From: a virus
Taxonomy: Duplodnaviria; Heunggongvirae; Uroviricota; Caudoviricetes
Direction: 5' to 3' (one strand)
IMG/VR virus record: IMGVR_UViG_2534681673_000008
Location: 1 to 44,363 of that record
DNA: 44,363 nucleotides
The notes below the pieces were generated by a model. It did not search any database, was not told where the DNA came from, and worked only from the letters and a program-made list of their open reading frames with translations. Positions 28,423-37,506 of the stretch are shown here, in pieces; positions within the stretch are counted from its first letter, which is position 1; each line of letters begins with the position of its first letter. Made by a program: the position numbers and the translations under genes.

Positions 28423-28585
28423 GATTCCTCCTTGCTGCCAGTCGCAACCATTTTTTATCAACCAGGCTAGCGGTATATCCGAGCAGTGTTGGTATTTCGG
28501 ATGGCTTCGGCTCAGGCTTACGCTTACGACGATTTGATACTCTGTAGATGTGTCCGTTCATGACACGAATAAGCGGTGTAGCCAT
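28415..28585 (-). CDS. ninE: NinE (56 aa)
   Basis: Hand-translated [35 protein letters not shown]...; ATG overlaps ybcN stop (TAATG). Confidence 0.7.
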   Translation of the reverse strand: MATPLIRVMNGHIYRVSNRRKRKPEPKPSEIPTLLGYTASLVDKKWLRLAARRNHG

Positions 28586-29040
28586 TACGCCTCCTGCTTG
28601 TCACGGAGCAGCTGGAACTCGCAGCTCTGCGGAATAGTCAGGTGGCAGCCAATATTCACCGCCCAGGCTTCAACCTTACACAGGAAGACATACATCTCTC
28701 CGGTATCAAGATCGGAGGTATGGCGTAACGACTGGATAGTGGTGATATCACCGGTTACGACATCAACCAGGTCTTTGGTTTCATAACCGAGATATGTGTG
28801 TTTGAGAGCATCTTTTACCCAAGCTGGAGTGGCGAACGTTTTACCCCTGTTGATGAGGTATTCACTGATTTCGCTGTACCACATGTGGCTGAGTGCATTC
28901 TGGGAAAGACTGCGTTTCTCACGCCACGGTTTAAGCACCATGCGAAAGCATTTGCCCTCCTCCAGATAAGGCTGGATCTGCCGACCGATAGCGGTGAAGT
29001 TACCGCGATGTAATTTGATGCCATCTTGTGGGAGATTCAC
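28585..29040 (-). CDS. ybcN: YbcN-like nin-region protein (151 aa)
   Basis: Length and sequence match DLP12 YbcN. Confidence 0.85.
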   Translation of the reverse strand: MNLPQDGIKLHRGNFTAIGRQIQPYLEEGKCFRMVLKPWREKRSLSQNALSHMWYSEISEYLINRGKTFATPAWVKDALKHTYLGYETKDLVDVVTGDITTIQSLRHTSDLDTGEMYVFLCKVEAWAVNIGCHLTIPQSCEFQLLRDKQEA

Positions 29041-29236
29041 GCTTCACCTCCGCAGAGGTCAAACGCTGGATGCAAAAAATCGCAGGTGCATCTCTGCATC
29101 TGTGAAGGGAGAAGAGAGTTTGGATTGTATGTGCGCATAAACGTCCCCGTTTAGCGCAGAAGTCACCGGAGTTGTTCAGGCTCCGATGACATGATTATGG
29201 CAAAATGATTATGTAAAATCAAAAGCCAAAAAACAA

Positions 29237-30166
29237 TTATGGTTTATTTTCTAGCTCTGATTTTTTGAAAGCTTCTATCAGACGATTAGCATCTTCTGTA
29301 CCACCAGGAAGCACGTTTGATTTTTTAAGAATATACGGTGGGAACTTTGTGGTTAAATATTCATGCTTAAACCATCTACGAAACTCTGACAATGCAGAAT
29401 CAGGATAGGCATTAATGATCTGAGGATTGGAACTTGCCTGAAGAAAATCTTCAGGGTAATAATGCTCACAGTCTACTCTTTCTCCAAATTCTGTTGCTAA
29501 CCCCTTTGCTTTCCAGTGACGCGCCCAGCAAGAACCAACACTGCCATCAGGTACGGTATGCTGATTAATCGCTAATCCAGCATTGATGAGATCTACCATC
29601 ATACCTGCAATTTCATTAAATATAATGAAATACCCATCAGGTATGGTTCCCTTATCTTTTAATAAAGATACTCTGTCATGGTAATGCCTCCACGGGTCCT
29701 CCGGTTGATATTTTAGCGCCTCGTATATAAATGTCTTGAGGCCTTTTTTAGCAAGCTCTCTGTAAGATCTAATTGCAGTCTCACTTTCTGCTTGTTTTGC
29801 TTCAAAGGCATAGTATTCAAGTATAGCCATGCATACAACATCTGGATAAGCATGGTACTCAACACCATTTCGAATTATTGGTATATAAAGTTTTTCATCT
29901 GTAAAACCTTCATTAAGAAGATATGTACCAATAAAAGTCATTCTTCCTTTTTTGAAAATACCGTTCTCAACGGATTGAGCCCACTCATCGGTAATTTCCT
30001 TGATTCGCAAACGCTGAACACCACAAACATTTGCCAACCCATTCTGAGTAAGGTACGGAATTCCGTTATCGAGTACCCCCATTTCTATACCGTTAATGAC
30101 AGCCTCTTGCTTAACATCTAAGTCTAAAGGTATGGATCTGAGGGAGGTAGTTCTCTGTTGTGCCAT
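29237..30166 (-). CDS. Hypothetical protein with KilA-N/Bro-N-like N-terminal domain; candidate BstA-like abortive-infection protein (309 aa from ATG at 30164-30166)
   Basis: Pattern GVLDNGIPYLTQNGLANVCGV resembles KilA-N; AT-rich gene in the nin-region hotspot where K-12 DLP12 has ybcL/ybcM. Confidence 0.55.
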   Translation of the reverse strand: MAQQRTTSLRSIPLDLDVKQEAVINGIEMGVLDNGIPYLTQNGLANVCGVQRLRIKEITDEWAQSVENGIFKKGRMTFIGTYLLNEGFTDEKLYIPIIRNGVEYHAYPDVVCMAILEYYAFEAKQAESETAIRSYRELAKKGLKTFIYEALKYQPEDPWRHYHDRVSLLKDKGTIPDGYFIIFNEIAGMMVDLINAGLAINQHTVPDGSVGSCWARHWKAKGLATEFGERVDCEHYYPEDFLQASSNPQIINAYPDSALSEFRRWFKHEYLTTKFPPYILKKSNVLPGGTEDANRLIEAFKKSELENKP

Positions 30167-30370
30167 TTTTGATCCTATCAATTTGAATTCATTGAAAAAA
30201 TTAGGTGTTCCCTATGCATTAGAACACTCATCATAGTAACCCCACTCGTTTGTGAAAAAAACTAATTTCACAATCAGTTAACTCTCAAAATAACTGATAT
30301 TCATACTCTCGCTATCCCATATATAGACATCCTTGTTTTAATACAACACTCATGGCTGGCGGCTATACTC

Positions 30371-30688
30371 CTAACAGATTTGACGCAAATACGGCAATAC
30401 TCGACTCCACTTATCATCCTGCCACGGCTGAAGTTTTACATGTGCCGTTTCTCGGACGAGGATTGCTCGCGCTCTGTTGAGTATCTGGGGATATTCTTGC
30501 TCGATGGAAGTGAAGTGACCAGCTTCACCATGCTCCGCATCCTGAAGAAGATGAGTAACGTTCTGGTAGGCAATTAACATCACATTCCCTGCTCGCCATA
30601 ACCAGGCGAGTGTGCAAAGTTCGTTATCAGTGAATTGTTTTGTGATTGGGGATTGTTGAACTGCTAGAACGAGAACGCCAGCATCCAT
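30371..30688 (-). CDS. Hypothetical protein (105 aa) in a short GC-richer island; possibly a gene remnant
   Basis: ORF only; no recognisable motif. Confidence 0.3.
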   Translation of the reverse strand: MDAGVLVLAVQQSPITKQFTDNELCTLAWLWRAGNVMLIAYQNVTHLLQDAEHGEAGHFTSIEQEYPQILNRARAILVRETAHVKLQPWQDDKWSRVLPYLRQIC

Positions 30689-30799
30689 TGGCAGTCCCTA
30701 TAGTAAAACCATAGCTCAGGACGCTTCGTTCAGGATAGATAATTTTATTGTACTTACCTAACTTTCTTACTATAGCACGGTTGAAAAAGTGATTATTAC

Positions 30800-32326
30800 T
30801 CAAAAATAAACCTCACCATCAACCATATATTTGAGAGTACTTATCGCCTGCTGGGCGGATATTGTTTTCATTAAAGGATAGTGTTTAAAAACAATGCCAT
30901 TCATAAAATAGATATCACAGGTTTTATTATCTGTATTGATTATGATTTTTTCGAATGTTTTATAGGCAAGTGTACGACATAGCTCTCGCCCATTTTTACT
31001 GGTTAAGTCAATAGCATGAAAATCACCAAGTGAGCTCACCGCTTTACTCTTCAAAGTTTTTAATGATACAGAAGCCCTTCGTAATTCCTTATCTAATACT
31101 CTGATTTTTTCTGCTATAGCGGTAACTTCAGGCGCAACAGATAATGCAGCAATTAAATTATTAATTTTCATCTGGAGCTCAATAATTTTCAACTCTAAAG
31201 TTTCATTAGCATCTTTCTTGTTTTCAACTGGTTGGATTTTACTACAATTAAAAAGCAACTCATTAATGATATTATAATCAACCAAATCTCTCTTTATTGA
31301 TGGCCTGTCACATCGATGCAGTCTTCTCATCGGACAAACATAATAGCCATGCAAACTTCCAGATACCGCATGAACAATCATGGTATTACCACAAGCCTCG
31401 CACTTCATAACTGTTCGAAGTAGATTTATCAACATAGGGTTTTTGCTACTATTGCTAATACCAAAAGGTGCCAACCGAATTTCCTGCACAGCGTAAAACA
31501 AATCATCTGATATGACTCTGGGATAATAGCCAGCGATTTCACTTATTCCTTTACCTCTTGCACGATATGAAGGTACGCATATACCTATCAGAGCTTTATT
31601 CGCTAATAATTTTTCAATTACAGAAGGTCCCCATGCACTTTCTTTTCCTGAGAAATTCTTTACAGCATGATCATTTAAATACTTGGCTATTGCATTCAAT
31701 GAGCGCCTTTCCATCCTGAGTTTAAAAATTAGCTCAATAGTTTTCACCCTGTCGGGGTCTGGAACAAAAGCCGTTCTTTTGTCATCTAAGGAGAGCCATC
31801 TCGGACAAGACGCCGTCATAATCGTGCCTGACTCCAGTGCATCCTGCCGTTTTTTCTTCCATGATAATTTAACCCGACTTGACTTTATCTCGCTTTCTTC
31901 ATTTGCCCTTTGTGCTATAAGTATGGCTTTTATTAATGAATATGGATCATTCAAAGAGTCAATATTATAGACTGTATTATCGCAAAGAGTTATAACATCA
32001 ATACCGTGATTCAAAATCAATTTCAGACGCTCAATCGCTTCACCGACTTTTTCTCTTGAAAGTCTGTCCAGACTTTCAACTAACAATGTAGTTCCTGGCA
32101 ATATATAACCATGCTCTATAGCATCTAAAAATTCCGAAAAAGCTCCTGATTGTGCATGCTTTCCTTTGAATGCACTTAATCCTAAATCTTCATATGTTAT
32201 GGTATCAAGATAATAATCACTATTTACCTTTAACCATTCAGCAATAAGTCTTCTCTGTCGGTTTAATGAGTCGCCAGACATCTGACCTGGTGATGAAAAT
32301 CGCATATATGCTATGGCTTTTTTCAT
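30800..32326 (-). CDS. ybcK: Large serine recombinase (YbcK-like, 508 aa)
   Basis: N-terminal resolvase catalytic motif AIAYMRFSSPGQ, recombinase domain and Cys-rich zinc-ribbon region. Confidence 0.85.
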   Translation of the reverse strand: MKKAIAYMRFSSPGQMSGDSLNRQRRLIAEWLKVNSDYYLDTITYEDLGLSAFKGKHAQSGAFSEFLDAIEHGYILPGTTLLVESLDRLSREKVGEAIERLKLILNHGIDVITLCDNTVYNIDSLNDPYSLIKAILIAQRANEESEIKSSRVKLSWKKKRQDALESGTIMTASCPRWLSLDDKRTAFVPDPDRVKTIELIFKLRMERRSLNAIAKYLNDHAVKNFSGKESAWGPSVIEKLLANKALIGICVPSYRARGKGISEIAGYYPRVISDDLFYAVQEIRLAPFGISNSSKNPMLINLLRTVMKCEACGNTMIVHAVSGSLHGYYVCPMRRLHRCDRPSIKRDLVDYNIINELLFNCSKIQPVENKKDANETLELKIIELQMKINNLIAALSVAPEVTAIAEKIRVLDKELRRASVSLKTLKSKAVSSLGDFHAIDLTSKNGRELCRTLAYKTFEKIIINTDNKTCDIYFMNGIVFKHYPLMKTISAQQAISTLKYMVDGEVYF

Positions 32327-32583
32327 GGTGACACCTGCTAACGTATGCTTTTATAAACCTTAGTGGTGAGATATAATTTTTGTTTAATTTTTATTTAAAA
32401 AGACAATTAAGGTCACATTATCTTGAATATACAACAATAATCGTATTGCAATTTTCTTACGCCATAATCTTGAAAGCACAAAAGAATACATAAAAAAAAT
32501 AAAGACATTAACAAAAAGCATAAAACGAGGCTCATATAAATATAAGAGCCTCCATATTTTAGTCGTTTAGAAACAAATTATTT

Positions 32584-32916
32584 TTAATGTGGTGTGCTTC
32601 GTGACAATAAATTAATAACCAACACACCGGCACAAATCAACATCATGCCTATAATGGCTGGCAGGTCCAGCCGTTGGCCGAAAAATCCCCATGACAGTAA
32701 GCTAATCAGGACAATACCGACTCCTGACCAGATAGCATAAGCAATCCCTGTAGGAATATAAGCCAGCGTCTGAGCTAATAACCAGAATGATGCACAATAA
32801 CAAATAATTGTACCAACAGATGGCCATAACCGTGTAAAACCTTCTGAAAACTTCATTAAGGTTGTACCAATGACCTCTGCAAGTATTGCACCACCAAGAT
32901 AAATATAAGGGTTCAT
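32584..32916 (-). CDS. emrE: SMR-family multidrug efflux protein EmrE (110 aa)
   Basis: Translation from MNPYIYLGGAILAEVIGTTLMKFSEGF matches EmrE; four TM helices. Confidence 0.9.
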   Translation of the reverse strand: MNPYIYLGGAILAEVIGTTLMKFSEGFTRLWPSVGTIICYCASFWLLAQTLAYIPTGIAYAIWSGVGIVLISLLSWGFFGQRLDLPAIIGMMLICAGVLVINLLSRSTPH

Positions 32917-32983
32917 AGCATATTCTTTCCTGTTCAAACTGGAGAGAATTGTACTACAGTTTGAAATCAACTCACCTGTTTCA

Positions 32984-33286
32984 TCATTGTGTACCCATTG
33001 ATGTTCTTTTATATACCCTCAATACGCGTTTCATCGCGGCACTCTGGCGACACTCCTTAAAAATCAGATTCGTGCTCACCTTTCCTTCCCGTTCTTCTCT
33101 GGTAGCGAACCGGTAATACACCGTTCGCCAGACCTTACCATCAACGACCAGGATTCCTGCCCGCGCCATTTTAGCCGCAGCCTGATTTATGCTGGTTACG
33201 GTTGCGCCTGTTACCGCGGCAACGTCCTGTGCACAGAAGCTCTTATGCGTCCCCAGGTAATGAATAATTGCCTCTTTGCCCGTCAT
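32984..33286 (-). CDS. ren: Ren (Rex-exclusion resistance protein, 100 aa)
   Basis: MTGKEAIIHYLGTHKSFCAQDVAAVTGATVTSINQAAAKMARAG matches lambda Ren; downstream of P. Confidence 0.85.
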   Translation of the reverse strand: MTGKEAIIHYLGTHKSFCAQDVAAVTGATVTSINQAAAKMARAGILVVDGKVWRTVYYRFATREEREGKVSTNLIFKECRQSAAMKRVLRVYKRTSMGTQ

Positions 33287-33984
33287 ACACTTGCTCCTTT
33301 CAGTCCGAACTTAGCTTTAATTTCTGCGATCTTCGCCAGAGCCTGTGCACGATTTAGAGGTCTACCGCCCATAACAGGAAGTTGTTTTACTGGTTCAGGG
33401 ATCGCCTCACCACGGTTAATTCTCGCAGTCATATGGACAAGCTCATCTGCGGCCTTACGGCGTAATTCCGCATCAGTAAGCGCATTGGCCCGCATGTTCT
33501 GATACAGGTTGGTAACCAGCCAGTAGTGCGCGTTTGATTTCCACGGATAAGACTCCGCATCCGGATACAGGCCTCGCTTCCGGCAATACTCGTAAACCAT
33601 ATCAACCAGCTCGCTGACGTTTGGCAGTCCGGCGATAACGGATGCTTCTTCCCGGCACCATGCAACAAACTGCCCGGGTGATGGCAGAAATGGTCGATTC
33701 TGCCGACGGGCTACGCGCATTCCAGCGTTAACCTGTTCCATTGTGGTGATCCCGTTTTCCCGGAAAGCCAGAACCCACTGGCGGCGGATTTCGTTCAGTT
33801 CATTCTGGTCACGGTTAGCCAGGCTCGCCGGGAAAGTTGCCAGTAACTGGCTGAACACACCATTGATGATCTGCGCTACCTGCTGTACCTGAGGCTTTTC
33901 GTCGTACTGTTCCGGCATGTTGTTGGCGATCCGACGCATCTGCTCACGGTCAAAGTTAATCATCTGTGCGGCGATGTTTTTCAT
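33283..33984 (-). CDS. P: Replication protein P (DnaB helicase loader, 233 aa)
   Basis: Same length as lambda P and recognisable lambda P sequence. Confidence 0.9.
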   Translation of the reverse strand: MKNIAAQMINFDREQMRRIANNMPEQYDEKPQVQQVAQIINGVFSQLLATFPASLANRDQNELNEIRRQWVLAFRENGITTMEQVNAGMRVARRQNRPFLPSPGQFVAWCREEASVIAGLPNVSELVDMVYEYCRKRGLYPDAESYPWKSNAHYWLVTNLYQNMRANALTDAELRRKAADELVHMTARINRGEAIPEPVKQLPVMGGRPLNRAQALAKIAEIKAKFGLKGASV

Positions 33985-34910
33985 AGATCCACCCCGTAAA
34001 TCCAGTCTGTGTTTGTCAGGTCGAGTTTTGGTTTGCTAGCTGTCACGCCTGCCTGTTGCTTGTTACGGTTGATTTCGAGTTGGGTCCACTTGTCGCGGAG
34101 TTTGGCCGGACTTAGCACGTTACCGGACCAGAAGTTGTCCTGGCATGCCCAGCGGAACAGCACACACATGTCGCGGTGGTTACGTCCGTCACGTTCACGC
34201 ATCAGGCGGATATCGTTAGCCCACCCTGCAAAATTCGGTTTTCTGGCTGATGGCGCGATGGTCTTCACCATGTCAAACATCCACTCTGCGGCGGTCAGGT
34301 CTTCTGCTGTCCCCCACTTGCTGCCGCTCTGAATTGCAGCATCTGGTTTCACCACAGGAAGATCGTTTTCTGGTTGGTCAGAGGATTCGCCAGAATTCTC
34401 GGACGAAAAAGGTTTTATATTGTCTTTTGTTAGTTTGTCTTTTGTGTTTACCTGATTCGGGTAAACGCCTTTACCTGATTTGGGTAAACTTTTCTTACCT
34501 GATTCAGGTAAATTTACCTCTTTCAGGTAAACTTTATTTTTCTTACCTGATTCGGGTAATGTTGACCATTCACTGACCACATTATTAATACCGATATTCC
34601 GCCCGCTCTGAATCAAAATCCCACGCTTTACCAGAACACTTTTTGCAGCAGAACACTTGTGCGGCAATATCCCGGTCAATTCGGACAGTTGCTCGTTGCT
34701 CACCCAATCCAGTTTTTTATTAAAGCCATATGTTTTGCGCATGACAGCTAGGAAGACCAGAAGCTGGTGCTGTGTTAATCCGGCCAGCATCACAGCTTCC
34801 AGCAACTCATTTGCAATGCGCGTATAACCATCATCGAGATCTGCCACGCGCGGCTCCTTTTGTGCCGCATCCGGCACTGGAAAATTGAATATCTCAGCAG
34901 TGTTTGCCAT
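33981..34910 (-). CDS. O: Replication initiator O (lambda-like C-terminus, non-lambda N-terminal iteron-binding domain); ORF extends to an upstream ATG at 35000
   Basis: MANTAEIFNFPVPD resembles lambda O N-terminus and has a GGGAGGA Shine-Dalgarno; iterons lie inside the gene. Confidence 0.85.
   Translation of the reverse strand: MANTAEIFNFPVPDAAQKEPRVADLDDGYTRIANELLEAVMLAGLTQHQLLVFLAVMRKTYGFNKKLDWVSNEQLSELTGILPHKCSAAKSVLVKRGILIQSGRNIGINNVVSEWSTLPESGKKNKVYLKEVNLPESGKKSLPKSGKGVYPNQVNTKDKLTKDNIKPFSSENSGESSDQPENDLPVVKPDAAIQSGSKWGTAEDLTAAEWMFDMVKTIAPSARKPNFAGWANDIRLMRERDGRNHRDMCVLFRWACQDNFWSGNVLSPAKLRDKWTQLEINRNKQQAGVTASKPKLDLTNTDWIYGVDL
34447..34559. repeat. ori: Replication origin iterons: five copies of a 19-bp unit (TTTACCTGATTCGGGTAAA and variants) with adjacent AT-rich tract at 34405-34446
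   Basis: Direct repeats seen in sequence inside O, in the same arrangement as lambda ori. Confidence 0.7.
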
Positions 34911-34996
34911 AATTCCTCCCGCAATGAGTGTGTTACGATTTGCACCTGAAAGTCGGTTCTGTTCCAGCAGACCGGCTTTCGCCATTTCTGAACCTG

Positions 34997-35536
34997 TCAT
35001 ATCGCCCCCAGCATGGTAGTAACCATCGCCATCAATGGACCAGCCAGATCTGGGTCCACACGAAACATCGACACAATACCTTCACTAATTTCCTTCAGTT
35101 TCTGGTGGCGTGGTGCGTTGAGAATGACAGCCTGTTTTGCCTCACTGAGTTCCTTTTCCATTTCAGCCAGCCGAGCCATGAAGCTATCCTGCGCAACCAG
35201 GTGGCCGCGATATTTCAGCGGTAGTACTGCCAGAATTGCTGGAGTCAGTTCACGCACGTTATTTCGGTATTTTTCAGAATCGAATTTGTTATCGAGAAAG
35301 CGGAACAGCTTCTGGCGTGCACGACTGACATCATCAGAAAAATCGATAGTGCCGCCGCCCTGTGCTCGATACTCATTCACAATGAGTGCGGCAACGACAT
35401 CCTGATTATCTTCAGCCGACCAGGCGCGGACGGCATCACGGATTTTTTCGTGGCCTGGCACCTGTTTTGTTTGAGAACGATTTATCACCGCAGTCGGGCT
35501 AAATCCGCTAGTCTGTTGGTATGTAAGTGGTTGCAT
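34997..35536 (-). CDS. YdaT-like protein in the cII position (179 aa)
   Basis: Placed immediately after the YdaS-like cro analog; strong AAAGGAGT Shine-Dalgarno; family assignment from remembered Rac YdaT motifs, unverified. Confidence 0.55.
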   Translation of the reverse strand: MQPLTYQQTSGFSPTAVINRSQTKQVPGHEKIRDAVRAWSAEDNQDVVAALIVNEYRAQGGGTIDFSDDVSRARQKLFRFLDNKFDSEKYRNNVRELTPAILAVLPLKYRGHLVAQDSFMARLAEMEKELSEAKQAVILNAPRHQKLKEISEGIVSMFRVDPDLAGPLMAMVTTMLGAI

Positions 35537-35580
35537 AATTGACTCCTTTAGTTTGAATTGACTGTTAAGTTGATTGCTTA

Positions 35581-35593
35581 TTGTTAAAGAGCG
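35581..35593 (-). promoter_or_regulatory. boxA-like element CGCTCTTTAACAA just downstream of cro (nutR position)
   Basis: Minus-strand sequence matches boxA consensus; no obvious boxB hairpin follows. Confidence 0.4.
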
Positions 35594-35605
35594 TGAAATG
35601 GAAAT

Positions 35606-35836
35606 TTAAGCTGCGTTCTTTTCGGTGTGTGGAAACAACTTCGGAAGATCCGGGCGAATCTGGTATGCCTTCACTACTCCACCAGTAGCCGTAACAATGC
35701 TGCCGACATGTTCAGGGGATACCTTTGCTTTGTTGTGAAGCCACTTATAGACGGCCTGCTGTGAAACTTCGCAAGCAGCGCCCAGTTTCTTTTGTGAACC
35801 AACGATATTGATCGCTGTTTTGATAGCTGGGTTCAT
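35606..35836 (-). CDS. cro: Cro-analog HTH regulator, YdaS family (76 aa)
   Basis: AINIVGSQKKLGAACEVSQQAVYKW HTH; divergent from the repressor across the operator region. Confidence 0.8.
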   Translation of the reverse strand: MNPAIKTAINIVGSQKKLGAACEVSQQAVYKWLHNKAKVSPEHVGSIVTATGGVVKAYQIRPDLPKLFPHTEKNAA

Positions 35837-35939
35837 AACAACCTCCGTGGTTAATTTGAATCAAGATTAAAACTATGGTTGTTTTAGTCAACAACCATTT
35901 TCGTTTGATGAAATAAAACCTTGGTTGTACATTTGGACT
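35837..35939. promoter_or_regulatory. Right operator/promoter region (oR, PR/PRM) with pseudo-palindrome TAAAACTATGGTTGTTTTA at 35868-35886
   Basis: Divergent repressor/cro arrangement; operator core TAAAACAAC recurs here and in the oL region. Confidence 0.6.
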
Positions 35940-36629
35940 ATGAAAACAACACTCTCAGAAAGACTTAAAGAAGCCAGATTAGCGCGAGGCCTTACACAAA
36001 AGGCGCTTGGGGATTTGGTCGGGGTTAGCCAAGCTGCTATTCAGAAAATCGAAACAGGGAAAGCTAATCAAACAACTAAAATCGTGGAGATCGCGAACGC
36101 TTTGGGTGTGCGCGCAGAATGGTTATCTTCTGGCGTTGGAAATATGTCAGACAGTACAGTGCAACCAATACAATCAACTGTCAGCCATTCCAAATACTTC
36201 AAGATTGACGTTCTTGATATAGAAGTCAGTGCTGGGCCGGGAGTCATCAACCGTGAGTTTGTAGAAGTTCTACGCTCGGTTGAGTACTCGTTTGACGATG
36301 CTCGTCATATGTTCGATGGTAGGAAGGCGGAAAATATCCGCATCATTAACGTGCGTGGTGACAGCATGTCAGGAACGATCGAACCAGGTGATCTGCTGTT
36401 CGTTGATATCACAGTTAAATCTTTCGACGGTGATGGTATCTATGCGTTTCTGTACGACGACACAGCCCATGTAAAGCGCCTGCAAATGATGAAGGATAAG
36501 CTGCTGGTCATCTCTGATAACAAAAGCTACTCACCGTGGGACCCGATCGAGAAAGACGAGATGAACCGGGTGTTCATCTTCGGTAAGGTTATTGGGAGCA
36601 TGCCGCAGACATATAGGAAGCATGGGTAG
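35940..36629 (+). CDS. cI: CI-type repressor (N-terminal HTH, C-terminal S24 LexA-like autopeptidase), non-lambda immunity
   Basis: HTH LTQKALGDLVGVSQAAIQKIETGK; S24 motifs GDSM (Ser) and HVKRL (Lys); ORF track begins at an upstream TTG (35925). Confidence 0.85.
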   Translation: MKTTLSERLKEARLARGLTQKALGDLVGVSQAAIQKIETGKANQTTKIVEIANALGVRAEWLSSGVGNMSDSTVQPIQSTVSHSKYFKIDVLDIEVSAGPGVINREFVEVLRSVEYSFDDARHMFDGRKAENIRIINVRGDSMSGTIEPGDLLFVDITVKSFDGDGIYAFLYDDTAHVKRLQMMKDKLLVISDNKSYSPWDPIEKDEMNRVFIFGKVIGSMPQTYRKHG

Positions 36630-36750
36630 TACCAATTAAAAATTATCAACTGGGCATTGTGCTCATTCAGTAAAGAACTAATTCCTATCTTTGCTCTAGG
36701 TAGTAATATTAAGCCACCGCAATAATATCTTTACCTAACGGCGTAAGAAT

Positions 36751-36778
36751 CCCGGTCACCGTGCCGGGTTTTCTTTTG
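36751..36778 (+). terminator. Rho-independent terminator after the repressor gene
   Basis: CCCGG-TCACCGTG-CCGGG followed by TTTTCTTTT. Confidence 0.65.
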
Positions 36779-36889
36779 CCCTCCCCTCATCACACACACC
36801 GTTAAAAAAACCACCATAACCTCGCTTCAGTTATCGCTATGCGATTCAAGTCACAAAATAAATCCATCCTAAATACAACCAGTTATATC

Positions 36890-36947
36890 TAAAACAACCA
36901 ATAAAACAACTTTTGTTGTTGACGGTAAAACAACTATAGTTTTAAAT
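36890..36947 (+). promoter_or_regulatory. Left operator/promoter (oL/pL): three direct TAAAACAAC operator cores (36890, 36902, 36926) overlapping -35 TTGACG (36919-36924) and -10 TTAAAT (36942-36947)
   Basis: Sigma70-like hexamers with 17-bp spacer; operator core shared with oR. Confidence 0.55.
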
Positions 36948-37140
36948 AAGTTCATCGCAACAACACAACGATACGGCAACCACCTGATTCACCGTTGCGA
37001 TGACCGCTTAGATCCGCAGTTTGAATTTCAGCAGGCTTCGGGGAGTGCGAGGGGTGAAACGGACGCGTGAACGTCGGTGTGACCAGCTGAAATCAACTCA
37101 ACATTTCATACCTTAGTCGCTTCAACGAGGCGGCTTAGTT

Positions 37141-37431
37141 ATGACAACCGGCGGCCATCCACCGCCTGAATACGCGCAGAAGTCTCTATATGTTCAGCAG
37201 CCCAGCTTACGGGCAGGAGTTTTTATGGTTCATCAACATTACGGAACGCAGACCGTTAATCGCGGCGCGGTCATGCCAGGAATGCTGGTCAAACACAAAG
37301 ATGGTACCTGGACTGCATCAGCTAATTTACGCGGACGGCTTTATCTGCATCGCGGCATCGAGCGCACTTATACCCGTGATTTGCTCGTGGAAGTTTTTCT
37401 CGACGGACGCGGTAACGGCCTGAATCGCTAA
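37141..37431 (+). CDS. Hypothetical protein (96 aa), first ORF of the pL operon in the N/kil position; not N-like
   Basis: ORF with GAGG about 10 nt upstream; no arginine-rich motif; lambda homology resumes at its 3-prime end. Confidence 0.4.
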   Translation: MTTGGHPPPEYAQKSLYVQQPSLRAGVFMVHQHYGTQTVNRGAVMPGMLVKHKDGTWTASANLRGRLYLHRGIERTYTRDLLVEVFLDGRGNGLNR

Positions 37432-37506
37432 TCCCCTTTCCTGTTTTCCTAATCAGCCTGGCATTTCGCGGGCGATATTTTCACAGCCATTTTCAGGAGT
37501 TCAGCC

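Noticed and set aside
37141-37431. Candidate N antiterminator
   Set aside because: Right position for N, but the translation lacks the arginine-rich RNA-binding motif of N proteins; kept as hypothetical.
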